Shown piece by piece: positions 22,340-33,304 of a stretch of 33,304 nt of DNA; the first letter of the stretch is position 1, and the number at the start of each line of letters is the position of its first letter. The position numbers and the translations under genes were made by a program. The stretch comes from Cercozoa sp. M6MM (Eukaryota; Protista; Endomyxa: Ascetosporea): assembly GCA_040357565.1 (NCBI GenBank), contig JBDODJ010000123.1. One strand, given 5' to 3'. Below the pieces are notes generated by a model. The model was not told where the DNA came from, searched no databases, and saw only the letters and a program-made list of their open reading frames with translations.

Positions 22340-22727
22340 TTAGCTCGAGCCGTAACGCAGATGCAGCTTTCCCAGAATGTCATCAATGTGAACCAGGGCC
22401 TGCTTTAGGTCCTCTCGAGTGTGTGCTGTGCGAACACAGATACGAGAATTCCGTAACCAAGCCCGAACAGCCATCCACCCACAAACAAGAAACAGGGTAC
22501 CCGCGCTGATGCAAAACCTCGTGCGCGCAGCCAGGATCGGCGTCGCCTGCGCACACAGCGACCAAATCGAAACACAAAAGATCCACACGAGTTGCGAGTG
22601 AGCGATAGTTGGGAGACTGGCCAAGTACCGGAAAACCCACGACGACTACGGCAAGACCGCGGTCTAGCGCTTCGCGCGAAAAGGCAATAATCTTGGCAGG
22701 ATTACCGAGCATCAGCGGAACCACTGT

Positions 22728-22777
<50 letters not shown>

Positions 22778-22787
22778 NNNNNNNNNN

Positions 22788-22838
<51 letters not shown>

Positions 22839-24318
22839 ACTCGTGCGCGTGGGCTGCCGAAAGCACACGCACCAGGAGAGCCGTCCTCGCCGAGGACCTG
22901 TGCTCCTGCACGCCGCAACTCGTTGCGAAAGTAGTCGGCGTTCTCCTTGATGCGACGGATACGCTCGAGACCGGCGGGCTGTAATGCCATCATCCTCCGC
23001 CGCGAATCCCCAAACCCCAACTCATAATCCACCAGACAGACTGTGCGCGTATACCGTGTGAAGCGACGCAAGTGCTTCGCGCACTTGGCGAATGCACGGC
23101 AAGTTCAAGCCGAACGAGTACAGCGAGCCCGCCGAGCGTGCACGCAGGCGGCGCACCAGGTCGGCGTCGCCGGCAATGTAGCCACCGACGGCACCAAAGC
23201 TCTTGGTGAAAGTGCCCATCATGACGTCGACGTCGGCGGGCGATACGCCGCATTGCTCGCAGGCGCCGCGTCCCGTCTCACCAATGCAGCCGATGGAGTG
23301 CGCCTCGTCGAGGTAAAGCGAGCAGCGGTACTTCTTCTTGATGCGCACAATGTCGCGCAGGCACGCCGTGTGGCCCTCCATGGAGTAAACGCCCTCGACC
23401 ACGATGACAATCTTGCGCCAGGCGCGGTGCGTGCGCGGCTGGCCCTGCACGATGGCGTCGCGCACGACGCGCTCCAGGTCGGCGGCGTCGTTGTGCTTGA
23501 AGACGCGCACCTTGGCGCCGCTGGCGCGCACACCGTTGACGATCGAGTTGTGGTTGAACTGGTCGCTGATCACGAGGCAGCCCGGACCCACGAGCGACGG
23601 GATGCCCGAGAAGTTGACGCCAAAGCCCATGCTGAACACAAGCGCATCCTCCTTACCGACAAACTCGGCGAGCTCGCACTCAAGCGCGCGCGCCTCCACG
23701 CTTCGTCCGAGGCCGTGCATCTTGGAACACGCCGACACGCCGTGCTGTCGCAGTGTTTGTACGACCGCGTCGACGCAGGGCGACTTGGGGTCGCCAAAGC
23801 CAAGGTAGTTGTATGAGCCGAGGTTGATGCAGTCGCGCGTCTCGCCCGTGCGTTGCAGCGTCACCGTGTCGCGCAGCGCCACCGTCACGTGCGCGTCCGG
23901 CGCCGACGCGATTGGCCGGTTCCAGGCATCGGCGATCCTGCACACGGTGCAACATTGTGGGAAGATGGGAACGGGGGCAGGGACAGCGCGCACCGCTTGT
24001 ACAGCCGGCGGATGTAGAAGGCCTCAAAGTCGCGCAGCAGAGGCGCCAGGTGCTTGTCTGACCGAGCCGAACGCCGCGCAAACAAATCGCGCACCTTGCC
24101 TGCAGCAGTGGCAAAACAGACAGCGCACATCATGGGGCACAGCAAGACATCATCTGAATTGCGCCACAGTGCCCGACTCACCCAGTACAATCAAAATCTG
24201 CACACGCACGCAGCGGAGGCAGCATGAGAGCAACAACGAAGCAACAAGCCAAAAGAGAAGGAGGTCCTACGGCAAAGCCGACAAAGGTCCAAAACTGCGT
24301 GAAGAGCGGCAGTTTCAT
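22340..24318 (-). CDS. LCB2: Serine palmitoyltransferase, catalytic LCB2 subunit (multi-exon)
   Basis: Motifs APLLRDFEAFYIRRLY, WNRPI, NLGSYNYLGF, NHNSI, VEGVYSMEG, LDEAHSIG, GTFTKSFG (PLP lysine), VVVGFP|ATP and RFCISA, with consistent GT-AG introns. Confidence 0.96.
22730..22834. repeat. (CA)n microsatellite with a 10-N assembly gap, intronic
   Basis: Directly visible. Confidence 0.98.
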
Positions 24319-24461
24319 CTCAACACCGACCCGACTGCGTCAATACAAAAATGATTTAACTGTGCTGCTGTGCATGTATTAAGGTAATACAGTGTGATAG
24401 AGTACTCTACTAACGCAGAATCGCCGATTTTTTAGGCCCTGTGCCATGGCTGCTGGGGGCG

Positions 24462-24640
24462 GAGCCGAGGTGCCGCGCGAGCCGGTGACTATGAGCCGAT
24501 ACAGCCGAAAATTAAAAAAATCTGCCACCAACTACTTTGAGGAAGGTACGTCGAACCCGCCCGCTGGTGGGCGCACATGTGATTGTGCGAAACGCTCTGC
24601 GTTTTCGTGCATTTTTCTCGCTTTTTTGGGGTTTTGACAG
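24462..24640 (+). promoter_or_regulatory. Conserved ribosomal-protein upstream module, copy 1 (eL37)
   Basis: Colinear with 28372-28184 (minus strand): 3x GAGCCG, AGCCRAAAATT, TTTGAGGAAGGTACGT, CCCGCCCGCT, GTGATTG, GTGCATTTT. Confidence 0.75.
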
Positions 24641-24716
24641 CGCTTGTGGCTGTGTTTCGTTCTGCTCGAATTTGGTCAATCCTTGCGGTATTTTAGACAG
24701 GCTGACGAGGTAGAAA

Positions 24717-25110
24717 ATGACCAAGGGAACGCAGAGCTTTGGCTCGAAGCACAACAAGTCGGTAACACAGTAAAAAGGATTGATCGTGCTTTCTGTTGGA
24801 TTGGTAAATTTCCTGTGTTGTTTTGTAGCACGTCCTGTGCCGCCGCTGTGGTTCGCGTTCGTACCACCTGCAGAAGGTAGATTGCTTTCCTGCATCCGTC
24901 ACCGTTCTCGTGACTCTGTTTGTGTGAGCAGTCGCGCTGCGCCAGCTGTGGCTTCGGCGCTTCGGCCAAGCTGCGCACTGTCGGCAGCATCAAGGCTCGC
25001 CGGTGCGTTTTTGTCCTGTTGTTTCACTGTTGAGACATCTGTTGGGACATCTGGGTACATTCTTGTGCAGTCGCCGCCGCGTGACGAAGGTGATGAAGTT
25101 CCGCAAGTAA
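24717..25110 (+). CDS. RPL37: 60S ribosomal protein eL37, 4 exons, 67 aa
   Basis: Exons 24717-24761, 24829-24876, 24932-25002 and 25071-25110 give [67 protein letters not shown], with the eL37 zinc finger CRRCG..SYH.QK..C..CG. Confidence 0.95.
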
Positions 25111-26457
25111 GTAACTGGGGAGACGATTGCGATCTCGACGTCATTAAAGTTTACTTTTTGATTCCTGCCTCGTTTCACCTGTTGCACAAAGCACTCGCCA
25201 CCTTATCGAGATGGCTGTTACTGCGGCTCAATGGCCCAATCAGTAAGGGAAAGGAGAGACTAAATAAATCATTCAATTAGATAAGTCGTCACTCAGTTGA
25301 GTCAACGTTAGAACTGAAGGTGAAATACCCCTACTGGGTCTCGAAGTGATCCCACTGGATCTCGACCGAAGGAAGACGTCCTTGGTCGTAACAATGCGTT
25401 TATGAAAGAAAAACTCCGCCTGTGAACACACGACGAAGTGAGTGGAATGGAAACCAGCCAATGAGCTAACTGACCAGGCTGAAGCCGTGACGGAGCTTTC
25501 TGCTTCTCTGCAAGGACTCTGTCCAGGCAAGATCTACAGCAACAGCAATCCACTGAGTCAGTAGTTAGGTCTCAGAGCAAGGTACCAATCCAAAACACTC
25601 TTAAACTCTCTCCCTTGTCTCAAACTTGTTGAGACATAGGTTATGACCTCCACGCGGACGGGTCAGAGCAATGATTACTGAAAATGTGCAGTAACATGGC
25701 TAATTCCAATCTTACGTACAGATAGTAACTTACGACCAGAGACTGACTAGCGATGATCATCGGTGCCCCAAAAGCGCACGTCCAAAAGCAGAAAGCCAGT
25801 TGTTATTGCCACGGCCACTCTGCAACCACCTATTATTTTTGTGCGTGTTTAATGAGGTTGTTGGAGAGCTACAAGCGACGAGACGCCGATGCCGACGACT
25901 TCTGCTCTTAGTTGCTGTGTTTTCAGAACTTGAAGCTCAATGACGCAAAGTCGTCGACGTGCGTCGTTGGGCGTCCCCGCAGGCTCCTGCGACATCAACG
26001 TTCGCCCTGCAGCAGCCTCGTCTCAGACGCATTGCTGCCACACACACACCCTAGCACGATCCCTGTGCAACAGACAAGTACCCCACCCCAACTATGCACA
26101 ATGCGAGGAATGCAACGCCAAAAGCAGACCTGCAACCGCTGTGGGTGCCAAAAAGTCTCAAGAAGGGTTAGATACATACCAGTTAGGACTGCTAGAAATG
26201 AGACCGAAAGAAGAGAAACGCCACCGCGGCCGATAGAATATGATGAGTCGAACAAACGGATATCGTCACGAGAGTGGTGGGAAGAGAAAGACAGCAATCG
26301 CTAGGGCGCCATCCAAAGCGGTGGTGGCATAAATTGCTACGTTTGTTCATGCGTGTTTTAATAGGTGATGGGAGAGCAACAGGCGACGAAACTAGTTTGA
26401 CAGCCCAGTCGCCAAAAACGGTGAAGCTTAGCGACACGCAACCGTTCACTACACGTC

Positions 26458-27318
26458 CACGCGGACTGTCTTTGCGCCAAGACTCGCCCTGCAGTCTCGT
26501 CTCAGTTCTGGGTGGCGTCCAGCGACCCTCAGCGTCACAAAGTGGCGGACTGACGCCCACAGCAACGATCGATATGTTACCGCAGCCCTCTCAGATAGGG
26601 ATCAGGCCTTGGTAAATTAAGGGTACTTTGCCAGTGATACAAAAAAAAACTAAGGAACGTAATAAAGTCTGTTCTTGGAGGAAGAGTGGCCAAGTGTCAG
26701 TTTGAAAGAGTGAGTTACCCCAACGGTTCAGCTGGGCGGCAAAGCACTGGTGGTGGACGGGAAAGTCACCCGTCAGACGGGAACTGTAGAAAGGACAGTC
26801 AGTAAAAAGGGTCCTTGAGACGGAAAGGCGTCGTGAGAACTGAGTAGTGAGGATTCAGAAGTACTTGAGTTGGAAGTAAAGAAAAGAAGGGCCCCTGGAA
26901 AGGCAGAGGACAGGTAGGAGCGAAGACAACTGGTCCTGGAGAGATCAGATTACCTGGTCGAGAGAGAGCCCTTCTTTGAGTTCAGCCGCAAAAAGCTTGC
27001 TCAAGGCTTCCCTACTCAAACACAGGTGTTCCACAGTCTGGACTGAAGCTCTCAGTAGGTCAGGATACCAGCGAACACACGTCAAAATCTTCCACACCTC
27101 TCTTGAGGATTTTTTTTAAGTTGTGGGGTTGCTTCCGCGCGGATACAGTAGTTCATGCTGTAACAGATACAACATGATCGCAGAGACGACGACAGCACAC
27201 GGACGTTTGGAAGGCATCTTGCGCCCAGCGGAGTAACATCGTGCCCACTCGCCTCTTGGGGCCAGCGGAGTGACTAACATCGTGCTCACTCGGCTCTTGG
27301 GGCAACTCAACACGCATT
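26458..27318 (-). repeat. Family C repeat copy split by a family B solo LTR
   Basis: 26458-26574 and 27170-27318 align consecutively to 19800-20030. Confidence 0.8.
26575..27165 (+). mobile_element. Complete solo LTR, family B (591 bp)
   Basis: TGTTAC...GTAACA termini; perfect 4-bp TSD GATA (26571-26574 and 27166-27169); empty site at 19911-19925. Confidence 0.95.
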
Positions 27319-27514
27319 GCCACTACAGCAACGCGCACCGATCACGCACACCTCCTGCTGCGCTGTGCGAATAGGATACGCCAAGATTGCGTTTCATTTG
27401 TATAAAGACGCACGGGTGGGCCCACGCAAAAGTTACTTCAGCTACAACACGAGTGTGCTTGTATCTTAGTCAGAAGATTGTTCAGTAAACGGTTTATACA
27501 CGCTGCCTTTACTT

Positions 27515-28063
27515 TTACTCAGCAACAGTGCGCGAGAAGAGCTGCGTCGACGGAACCTGGGCCGCGATCGTGTCGAGCTCGCGCTGGCCTGCACATTTTC
27601 TCAAATATGACCCACAGCGCTGTCGACAGAGAAAAGAGACGCACCGTTCTTCGAGACACGGCGGACACCACTGCGCGTCTTGCAGACAATGTCAGCGGTC
27701 TCGAGCTGCTTGAGGATGTTGCGGATGAGGCCGCGGGCAGCGTCACGGTGGTGGTTGCGGCGGACGCCGTTGCGCTTGACGTCGCCGAACACCTTAGCGA
27801 GCGTGCCGACACCGGCGTCCTTGCGCACGTAGATGCGGCGCGCGATGGCAGCGGCGCGCGTGTAGAACCAGTCCGGATCGATGGGCGGCATCTCGCGGTG
27901 CGTGCCCGTCTTGATCAGGTCCACGTAGCTACGCACAACACACTTCACCACCACAGCAGCCCAGAAACGGAAATTACGCAGGCGGCGTGATCTTGGCCGT
28001 GCTCTTCAGGTGCTTGGCAAGCGCCTCCACGAAGGACGCAGCGTCCACTGACTTGACGGTCAT
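27515..28063 (-). CDS. RPS19: 40S ribosomal protein eS19, 3 coding exons
   Basis: Exons 28063-27978, 27928-27645 and 27588-27515: MTVKSVD..., VDLIKTG..REMPPIDPDWFYTRAAAIARRIY, GVG, KRNGVR, ILKQLE, GQRELDTIA. Confidence 0.96.
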
Positions 28064-28183
28064 TTTTCGTCTACCGAAATCTAGAATAAAACAAGCTGTT
28101 ACTAACCGTATAATCCCATGTGAAACCACACTAGAACACAAGAGCACAACACAAAACACCATACACGCAGTTTCCAGGCTGAC

Positions 28184-28372
28184 CGGTCCAAAACTCGGGA
28201 AAACGTGGAAAATGCACACACACAAAAAGAGCAGCGGATGCTAATTCCACGCAATCACGGGCACGCTCATTAGCGGGCGGGGGGCACGTACCTTCCTCAA
28301 AAGTTCTGGGCGGATTTTTTGAATTTTTGGCTTTACCGGCTCAGATTCACCGGCTCATGCAGCATCCGGCTC
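28184..28372 (-). promoter_or_regulatory. Conserved ribosomal-protein upstream module, copy 2 (eS19)
   Basis: Colinear homology with 24462-24640. Confidence 0.75.
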
Positions 28373-29831
28373 AACAAAGTCCGAAAACTGTGACCAGCTG
28401 CTTTAGCCTCATGCTGGGTCTGAGTGTGTGCTTATACCCTCTTGCGTCTCTGGGTTTATAATCGAATTTAGTTAACCCAGCAAGCCTGTCTTTGTGCCGT
28501 TGTGTCGCGGGTTTTGCGCGTATTTATGCTTCGTGTATGGCCGGCGTCGCTCCACTGCGAGTAGGAGCGGCTTGCTGCCACTCTGCGAGCTTCTCTACGG
28601 AAATGATGAGATCAATAAGTGTCCGTACTTGCAAATTAGTGGACAGAAGCACTAGCGCAGAAGGTGCTATCAGCGGTGGTTGAGAAACACTGTCACGCGT
28701 CTGCAATGCACACGACTCAGTCCGAGATTGAACATTTGAATATGAGAAGTTTGTTGTTGACTCCTGTGTAAAGATGGCACATTACGGACCTGCTTGGCAT
28801 CGCGCACTGCATTTGTGGGCTTTCCGCGTTCTGCAGCGTGCACGCTTGTGCAGTTTGTGCACAACAAAAGGATGGTCTGCACATGGATTCTCCGAATAAT
28901 GCATCTCTGTGAAACGGACTTTGCACCGCCCTTTGCTCGATTTTGGAGTGTTGTGTTCGCGCACCGCTAATTGTATTGCTTCGTTTACGCACAACTTGCC
29001 GCTAGGGCTGCTGCGTCGATTAAGCTGGGTGGCGTATCTGTGGCGCGCGACGAGCCAGCCACCTCGACTGGTCTACATTGCGTGAACGCGACTGCACAAA
29101 TGCCTCGTCGGGTTTGAGCAGCCGTTCGGCGGGGCGACGTTTAGGCTGTGGCTCGACAAAGGCGCCGTTGTCCTGAATTTTGACAGCACCCGTTTGCGTC
29201 TGCAGCGCGCGCGGATCGAAACTCCGGCCCGGCGCATGTGGTACCAACCACCGACGGATGGTGTTCCGACACCGGTGCGGAATAGGCTCAGACTCGAAAT
29301 ACAAACTGTGCGTAGCCTTCATCTAGTGCACGAGCGACATCAGACGAGCCAAACAGCAAGCGTCGCGTGCATACCCATATCAGGGTGACTGGGCAAATCT
29401 ACAAAACGCGAAAACCTTTCGACCAGGATGATCGCACCATCCCGGATATGAATACTGCTGTTGCAATGCTCGAGGTCGCGTCTGCCAGTCATGTCGCGTG
29501 CCTCAAGGAACAGCAATGGTCTAGGGAGAATGACTACGTCCAAGAGATGCTCGCCTTTCCTATTAAACGCGAGACTTTGCGGGTTGGCTTCAATCGCATC
29601 AAAACACTCCAGTCATCGTCGGGAATGAGACTCGTGGCGCGGCGCGGCCCAGAACAAAAACACCAGCGCTGTTCACTGGACACTCGGACTTTGAACGCAG
29701 ATCCTTTCAGTTTTTGAATGGCGCGAGCCCAAGGGCTTGATAGGCGGGAATGGGGCTGCCTTGATCACTTTCGTTCTTCTGACGAAGGGAGAAGTGATAG
29801 CCGCTCTCGAAAGCACACCCATGTGCGTTCT

Positions 29832-29855
29832 GTATCGGCTCAGCCGCGCCGGCTC
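29832..29855 (-). promoter_or_regulatory. TGAGCCGATAC and GAGCCGG motif pair upstream of the WDR75-like gene
   Basis: GTATCGGCTCA (29832-29842) is the exact reverse complement of TGAGCCGATAC at 24492-24502. Confidence 0.5.
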
Positions 29856-30036
29856 GCGAGGTGCCACCTGACTCAAAAATCAGCCTCAAAACCCGACTGC
29901 TGTCCTGTAGATCAGTGTGTGTGCGTGCTAATACGACAGCGATCTGAGATTGCCACTCATAAGGTAAAAACGAGAAGAAAAGCGAAAAGGTGCCTGTCTG
30001 TCTCAGTTTTTTTCTTCCCAGACAGACGGAGACGCA

Positions 30037-32680
30037 ATGCGGCACTACCGTCTTGCTGCCTGCGGTCCCATCCGGCCGGTCTTTGTTGGAAGGTGCCCTC
30101 CCCCGTAATTGTGTGCCTGTGTCCGTGACCTCAAGTTACTAGTGCCTTTGCCTTGCCTGGGCAGTCTCCTCGCCGTGCCGCACCACGATGCTACTGTCGG
30201 GCTGTACCGTTCCGATCGCGCCAACTGTGTGGTGCATCCCTCTGCTTGGTCCTGTCCCTGTCATGTGCACGCCGCTGGCACTCTTACTTTGTGCACCGCA
30301 GCTGATCGGCAACAGCGCCCAGGAGCGCGCCGACACGTCGCCGCTGGTGGCGGTGTGCGCTCACCCGCGCAACAAGTTGCAGCTTGTGCTGGTGCGCCGA
30401 TCGGGCCTCGTGTCATGCTGGGACGTGCGCGAGCAGCGGCTGCTGGCAGCCACTTCGTTCGCCAAGGCGCTCGCCATGGGGACGCAGGCGCAGGCGGCTG
30501 TCGCATCGTCAGCGGGGACGCCAGAGGTGTGTGCGGCCGCACTGCACTCGGGCCGTCGCGACAAAGCGAGTGCCGCTCTGTTTCTACTGCGCTCTGATGG
30601 CTGCGTCTTCTCAGCGCCTCTGGTGTCAGCGACGGCCGGCATCCTGTCGCCAACGTTGTTCGCCGACCTGTCGTCGTGCGGCCTCTTTGATGTCGCCGCT
30701 GACGCTGGAGGCAAGGGCTGCCGCCTCGTGGTTTCGGGCGCGCACGGCCTCCTGTGTGCCGTCTCTGCGCGCGGCGCCGTCGTGCTGCGCCTGACTGAAC
30801 GCGGACAGCCGCTGTGGCTGTGCCAGGTTTCGAGCGGCGGCCTGCTGCGACATGCCGTGTGTGCTGCCGACTTTGACCGGGCCTCGGACACGCTGCTGCT
30901 GGGCGACGTGCACGGCCAGCTGCACCTCGTGTCGAACCTCGCCTCCGCGTGCAACGGTGGTGCCGGCGCGACGACTGCGGGAGGTGTGCCGCCGCGCTCG
31001 TCGCCGCTGTCGACAGGCAGCTCGGGAACGACGGCGTCGACGAAGACTGGCGTGCGCGTGTCGCGCCACCACTGGCACTCGGGGCCGGTGCGCGCCGCCG
31101 CCTTTGTGGACCAGTACTTTGTGAGTGGCGGCGACGAGGGTGTGCTCGTCGTGTGGCGCACCTCGCTTCTCGGGCAACGGCAGGCGCGTCGCCACCAGGA
31201 GCCGGTGCGCGTCGAGTCGCGGCAGTTTGCGCCGCGCCTTGGAGGCTGTGTGCGCGCCGTGTGCGCCTCGCCGTGCCTGCGCGAGCTCGGCGTCGTCCTG
31301 CACACGGGTCAGGTGCTCTTCCTGGACGCGCTGTCGCTGCAGCTGCGCCGCCGCGTGCTGAGCCTACCGCCGCCGCCAGTGTCCCGTGCCCAGCAGGAGC
31401 AGGAGGAACAGCAGGACGCGCTGCTGTTGTCTCCGCCGGAGGATGTGTGCGCCGTTGTTACGCGCGACGAGTTGCGCTTCTTTGGCCTGCGCGACGACTC
31501 GGCAGCCGTGGCCGATGCGCGCGGCGGCGGCACCCTCGCGCCTGTGCGGACGGAGTCGTCCGGGCCGTTCTCGTTTTCGGCGAGCGGCGGTCTGTTCGCT
31601 GCCGTTTTTGCCGACGCCAGCAGCAGCTCTCAGCGACAGCAGCAACTCTTGATGTTCCAGCGCGACAAGGACGGTGCCGCAGCCGACTTTGTGCTGGCCT
31701 CGCGTCTAGCGCTGCCTCCGGCGCTCGGAGCCGTGCGTGCTGTGGGCTTTCACCCGAGTCGAGAGACGCTCCTGCTGGTCAGCACGTCGCGCGGACTGTC
31801 CATGTGGGCAGCATCCGCGCGCGACAACGGCGCCTGGGTCTGCGTGCTGTCAGTGCCGCTGTCAGCGCCTGCCGAGGTAACCTGGTCCGCCGACGGCAGC
31901 GTGCTGCTCGGCGTGCTTGATGGTGGCGTCGCCGCCGCATGGACGCTCGGCGAGCTCGACGGGCGCTTTGTGTGCGCCGAGGCGTGGCGCGTGCTGCTGC
32001 CGGGCGCTGCGGCGTGGAGACTCGCAGGTGCTGCAGGGCGGTACTTCTACGTGCACTCTGGCGCGGCGTTCCTGGCCGTCGACGTCGTGGCGCGTTGCGT
32101 GTGCGCCAGGTGGCAGGCGCCGCCTCCGCATGTCATAATCGACGCTCGCGTGCAACGAGCGTCTGGCATCGTGTCGCTGCAGCTACGTCGCAGAGACACG
32201 TGCGAGGATTTCACTGTGCTATTGGACGGCGCGTTCAATCTTGCCCGTACGATGTGTCTCGTGCCTGTGTCGCGTTGCTCCCTGTGCTGTTGGTTTAGCC
32301 TGTGTATGTTGCGCAGACACCCAGCTCGGTCGAGCAACGGTAATCCGCGTGTCGTGGTTGCATTTGCCCGCTCTCCTTGTGTTTTGTGAGTGTGCGAGAT
32401 CTGCTCTTAGGTGATCCCGTCGACGATTGACTCGTCCCGCCTCGTGCTGTCCGACAGAGGGCTCGCTGTGTGTGGTGACTCTGTTGAAGAGACCAGTGCT
32501 CGCACCGGCGGCAAGGATGCAACGACGATGCAGCGCGCGCTTGTTTTTTCGCATCTGGTCGCAGCGCGTCGCGACAACGCCCCTGTGCCACCGCAGCTGG
32601 CGGTTGGTGCCTGTCGCGATATTTCATCGGCTGCGCCGACTGACACTGCGTCCTATCTTCGTAGTCGGTTAATTAGTTAG
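30037..32680 (+). CDS. WDR75: WD40-repeat protein, WDR75/UTP17 (NAN1)-like SSU processome component
   Basis: HWHSGPV...YFVSGGDEGVLVVW...QFAPRLGG is characteristic of WDR75/Utp17; also HPRNKLQL and WSADGSVL. Short 5' and 3' exons were inferred through GT-AG introns. Confidence 0.75.
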
Positions 32681-33255
32681 TTTAGTCGAGTTAGTTCGGT
32701 CTTCTAAGAACGCTGAAGAATACTCTTGCGTCCGGACGGGGTGCCCCGTGCGCGCATGGTGGACGCCATAAGACACGAAGGTGACACTGGATCTTAGCCA
32801 AGTGTGGGTCTGACACTACATGAAGCCTACTTCGTCGCCCGGGGAACGGAAAAGGGAGTCAGATGGCCCTACAAAAGCGAGCGGTAGCACGACCATGCTC
32901 TTGTGATTCGCCCCAGATTGGAGCAGGGAAACTGCATGCTGATTACTTTAAGGCCTGACTAACTGAACAAAACCGCAGCAAAAGCGAACAGGGGAGCGCT
33001 CGTCGCGCCGTAAAGCCACTCCGGCCGACTATCTCGCATCGCGCGGCCTCGTGCCTTTGGAGCCTCGGACCTTGTCGAGAGCAGTGACGTGCAAAACAGC
33101 GAGCCGGCAGAGGATGTGGAAGTACGCGCTCGTGCCAGCGAGACGAGCCTCCTCGGTCGCAAACGTCAACGTGCAGCCAGCTGGCACAGGATTAAACATT
33201 GCCTTGAGTTTCGCTTCGCAGCAAGCCAGCTGGGGAATACAACAGGTGGGTAGCG
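32668..33255 (-). mobile_element. Possible decayed non-LTR retroelement 3' end with a (CTAA)-type tail
   Basis: TTAG-rich tail plus TCGGTCTTCTAAG shared with 19771-19783. A minus frame contains YFHILCRLAVL, reminiscent of a CCHC knuckle. Confidence 0.3.

Positions 33256-33257
<2 letters not shown>

Positions 33258-33304
<47 letters not shown>
33258..33304. repeat. (TG)n microsatellite at the window end
   Basis: Directly visible. Confidence 0.98.

Noticed and set aside
24462-28372. The two RP upstream modules as TIRs of a transposon capturing RPL37 and RPS19
   Set aside because: No TSD or sharp terminus, and each copy sits in promoter position and orientation for its own gene. Disfavoured but not fully excluded.
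28450-29720. Coding-like fragments between RPS19 and WDR75 (and similar ones at 25900-26400)
   Set aside because: No consistent spliced model or recognisable motif could be built.

Overview
This is eukaryotic DNA with a compact, protist-like organisation, the standard genetic code and short GT-AG introns. The right half holds housekeeping genes: eIF4A, a small mitochondrion-targeted protein, serine palmitoyltransferase LCB2, eL37, eS19 and a WDR75/UTP17-like WD40 gene. The ORF track misses eL37 entirely and catches only fragments of the mitochondrial gene. Nested LTR remnants are interleaved with these genes. The left half is transposon-rich: an intron-rich Merlin (IS1595/ISXO2-type) transposase, a 2.47-kb element with perfect 23-bp terminal inverted repeats (TIRs) and phased TTCTAGAA arrays, a three-copy LTR-like repeat and several decayed ORFs. 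The main observations are: (1) two unrelated ribosomal protein genes share a colinear ~180-bp upstream module, whose TGAGCCG-core motif recurs upstream of eIF4A and WDR75, suggesting a translation/ribosome-biogenesis regulon; (2) the Merlin transposase keeps its DDE triad across at least 5 short introns and has no visible TIRs; (3) the TIR element sits exactly in a host gene's stop codon; (4) eL37 is short (67 aa) and carries an archaeal-style CGFG motif; (5) one solo LTR has its empty target site preserved in the same window. All calls were made by eye, without database searches.
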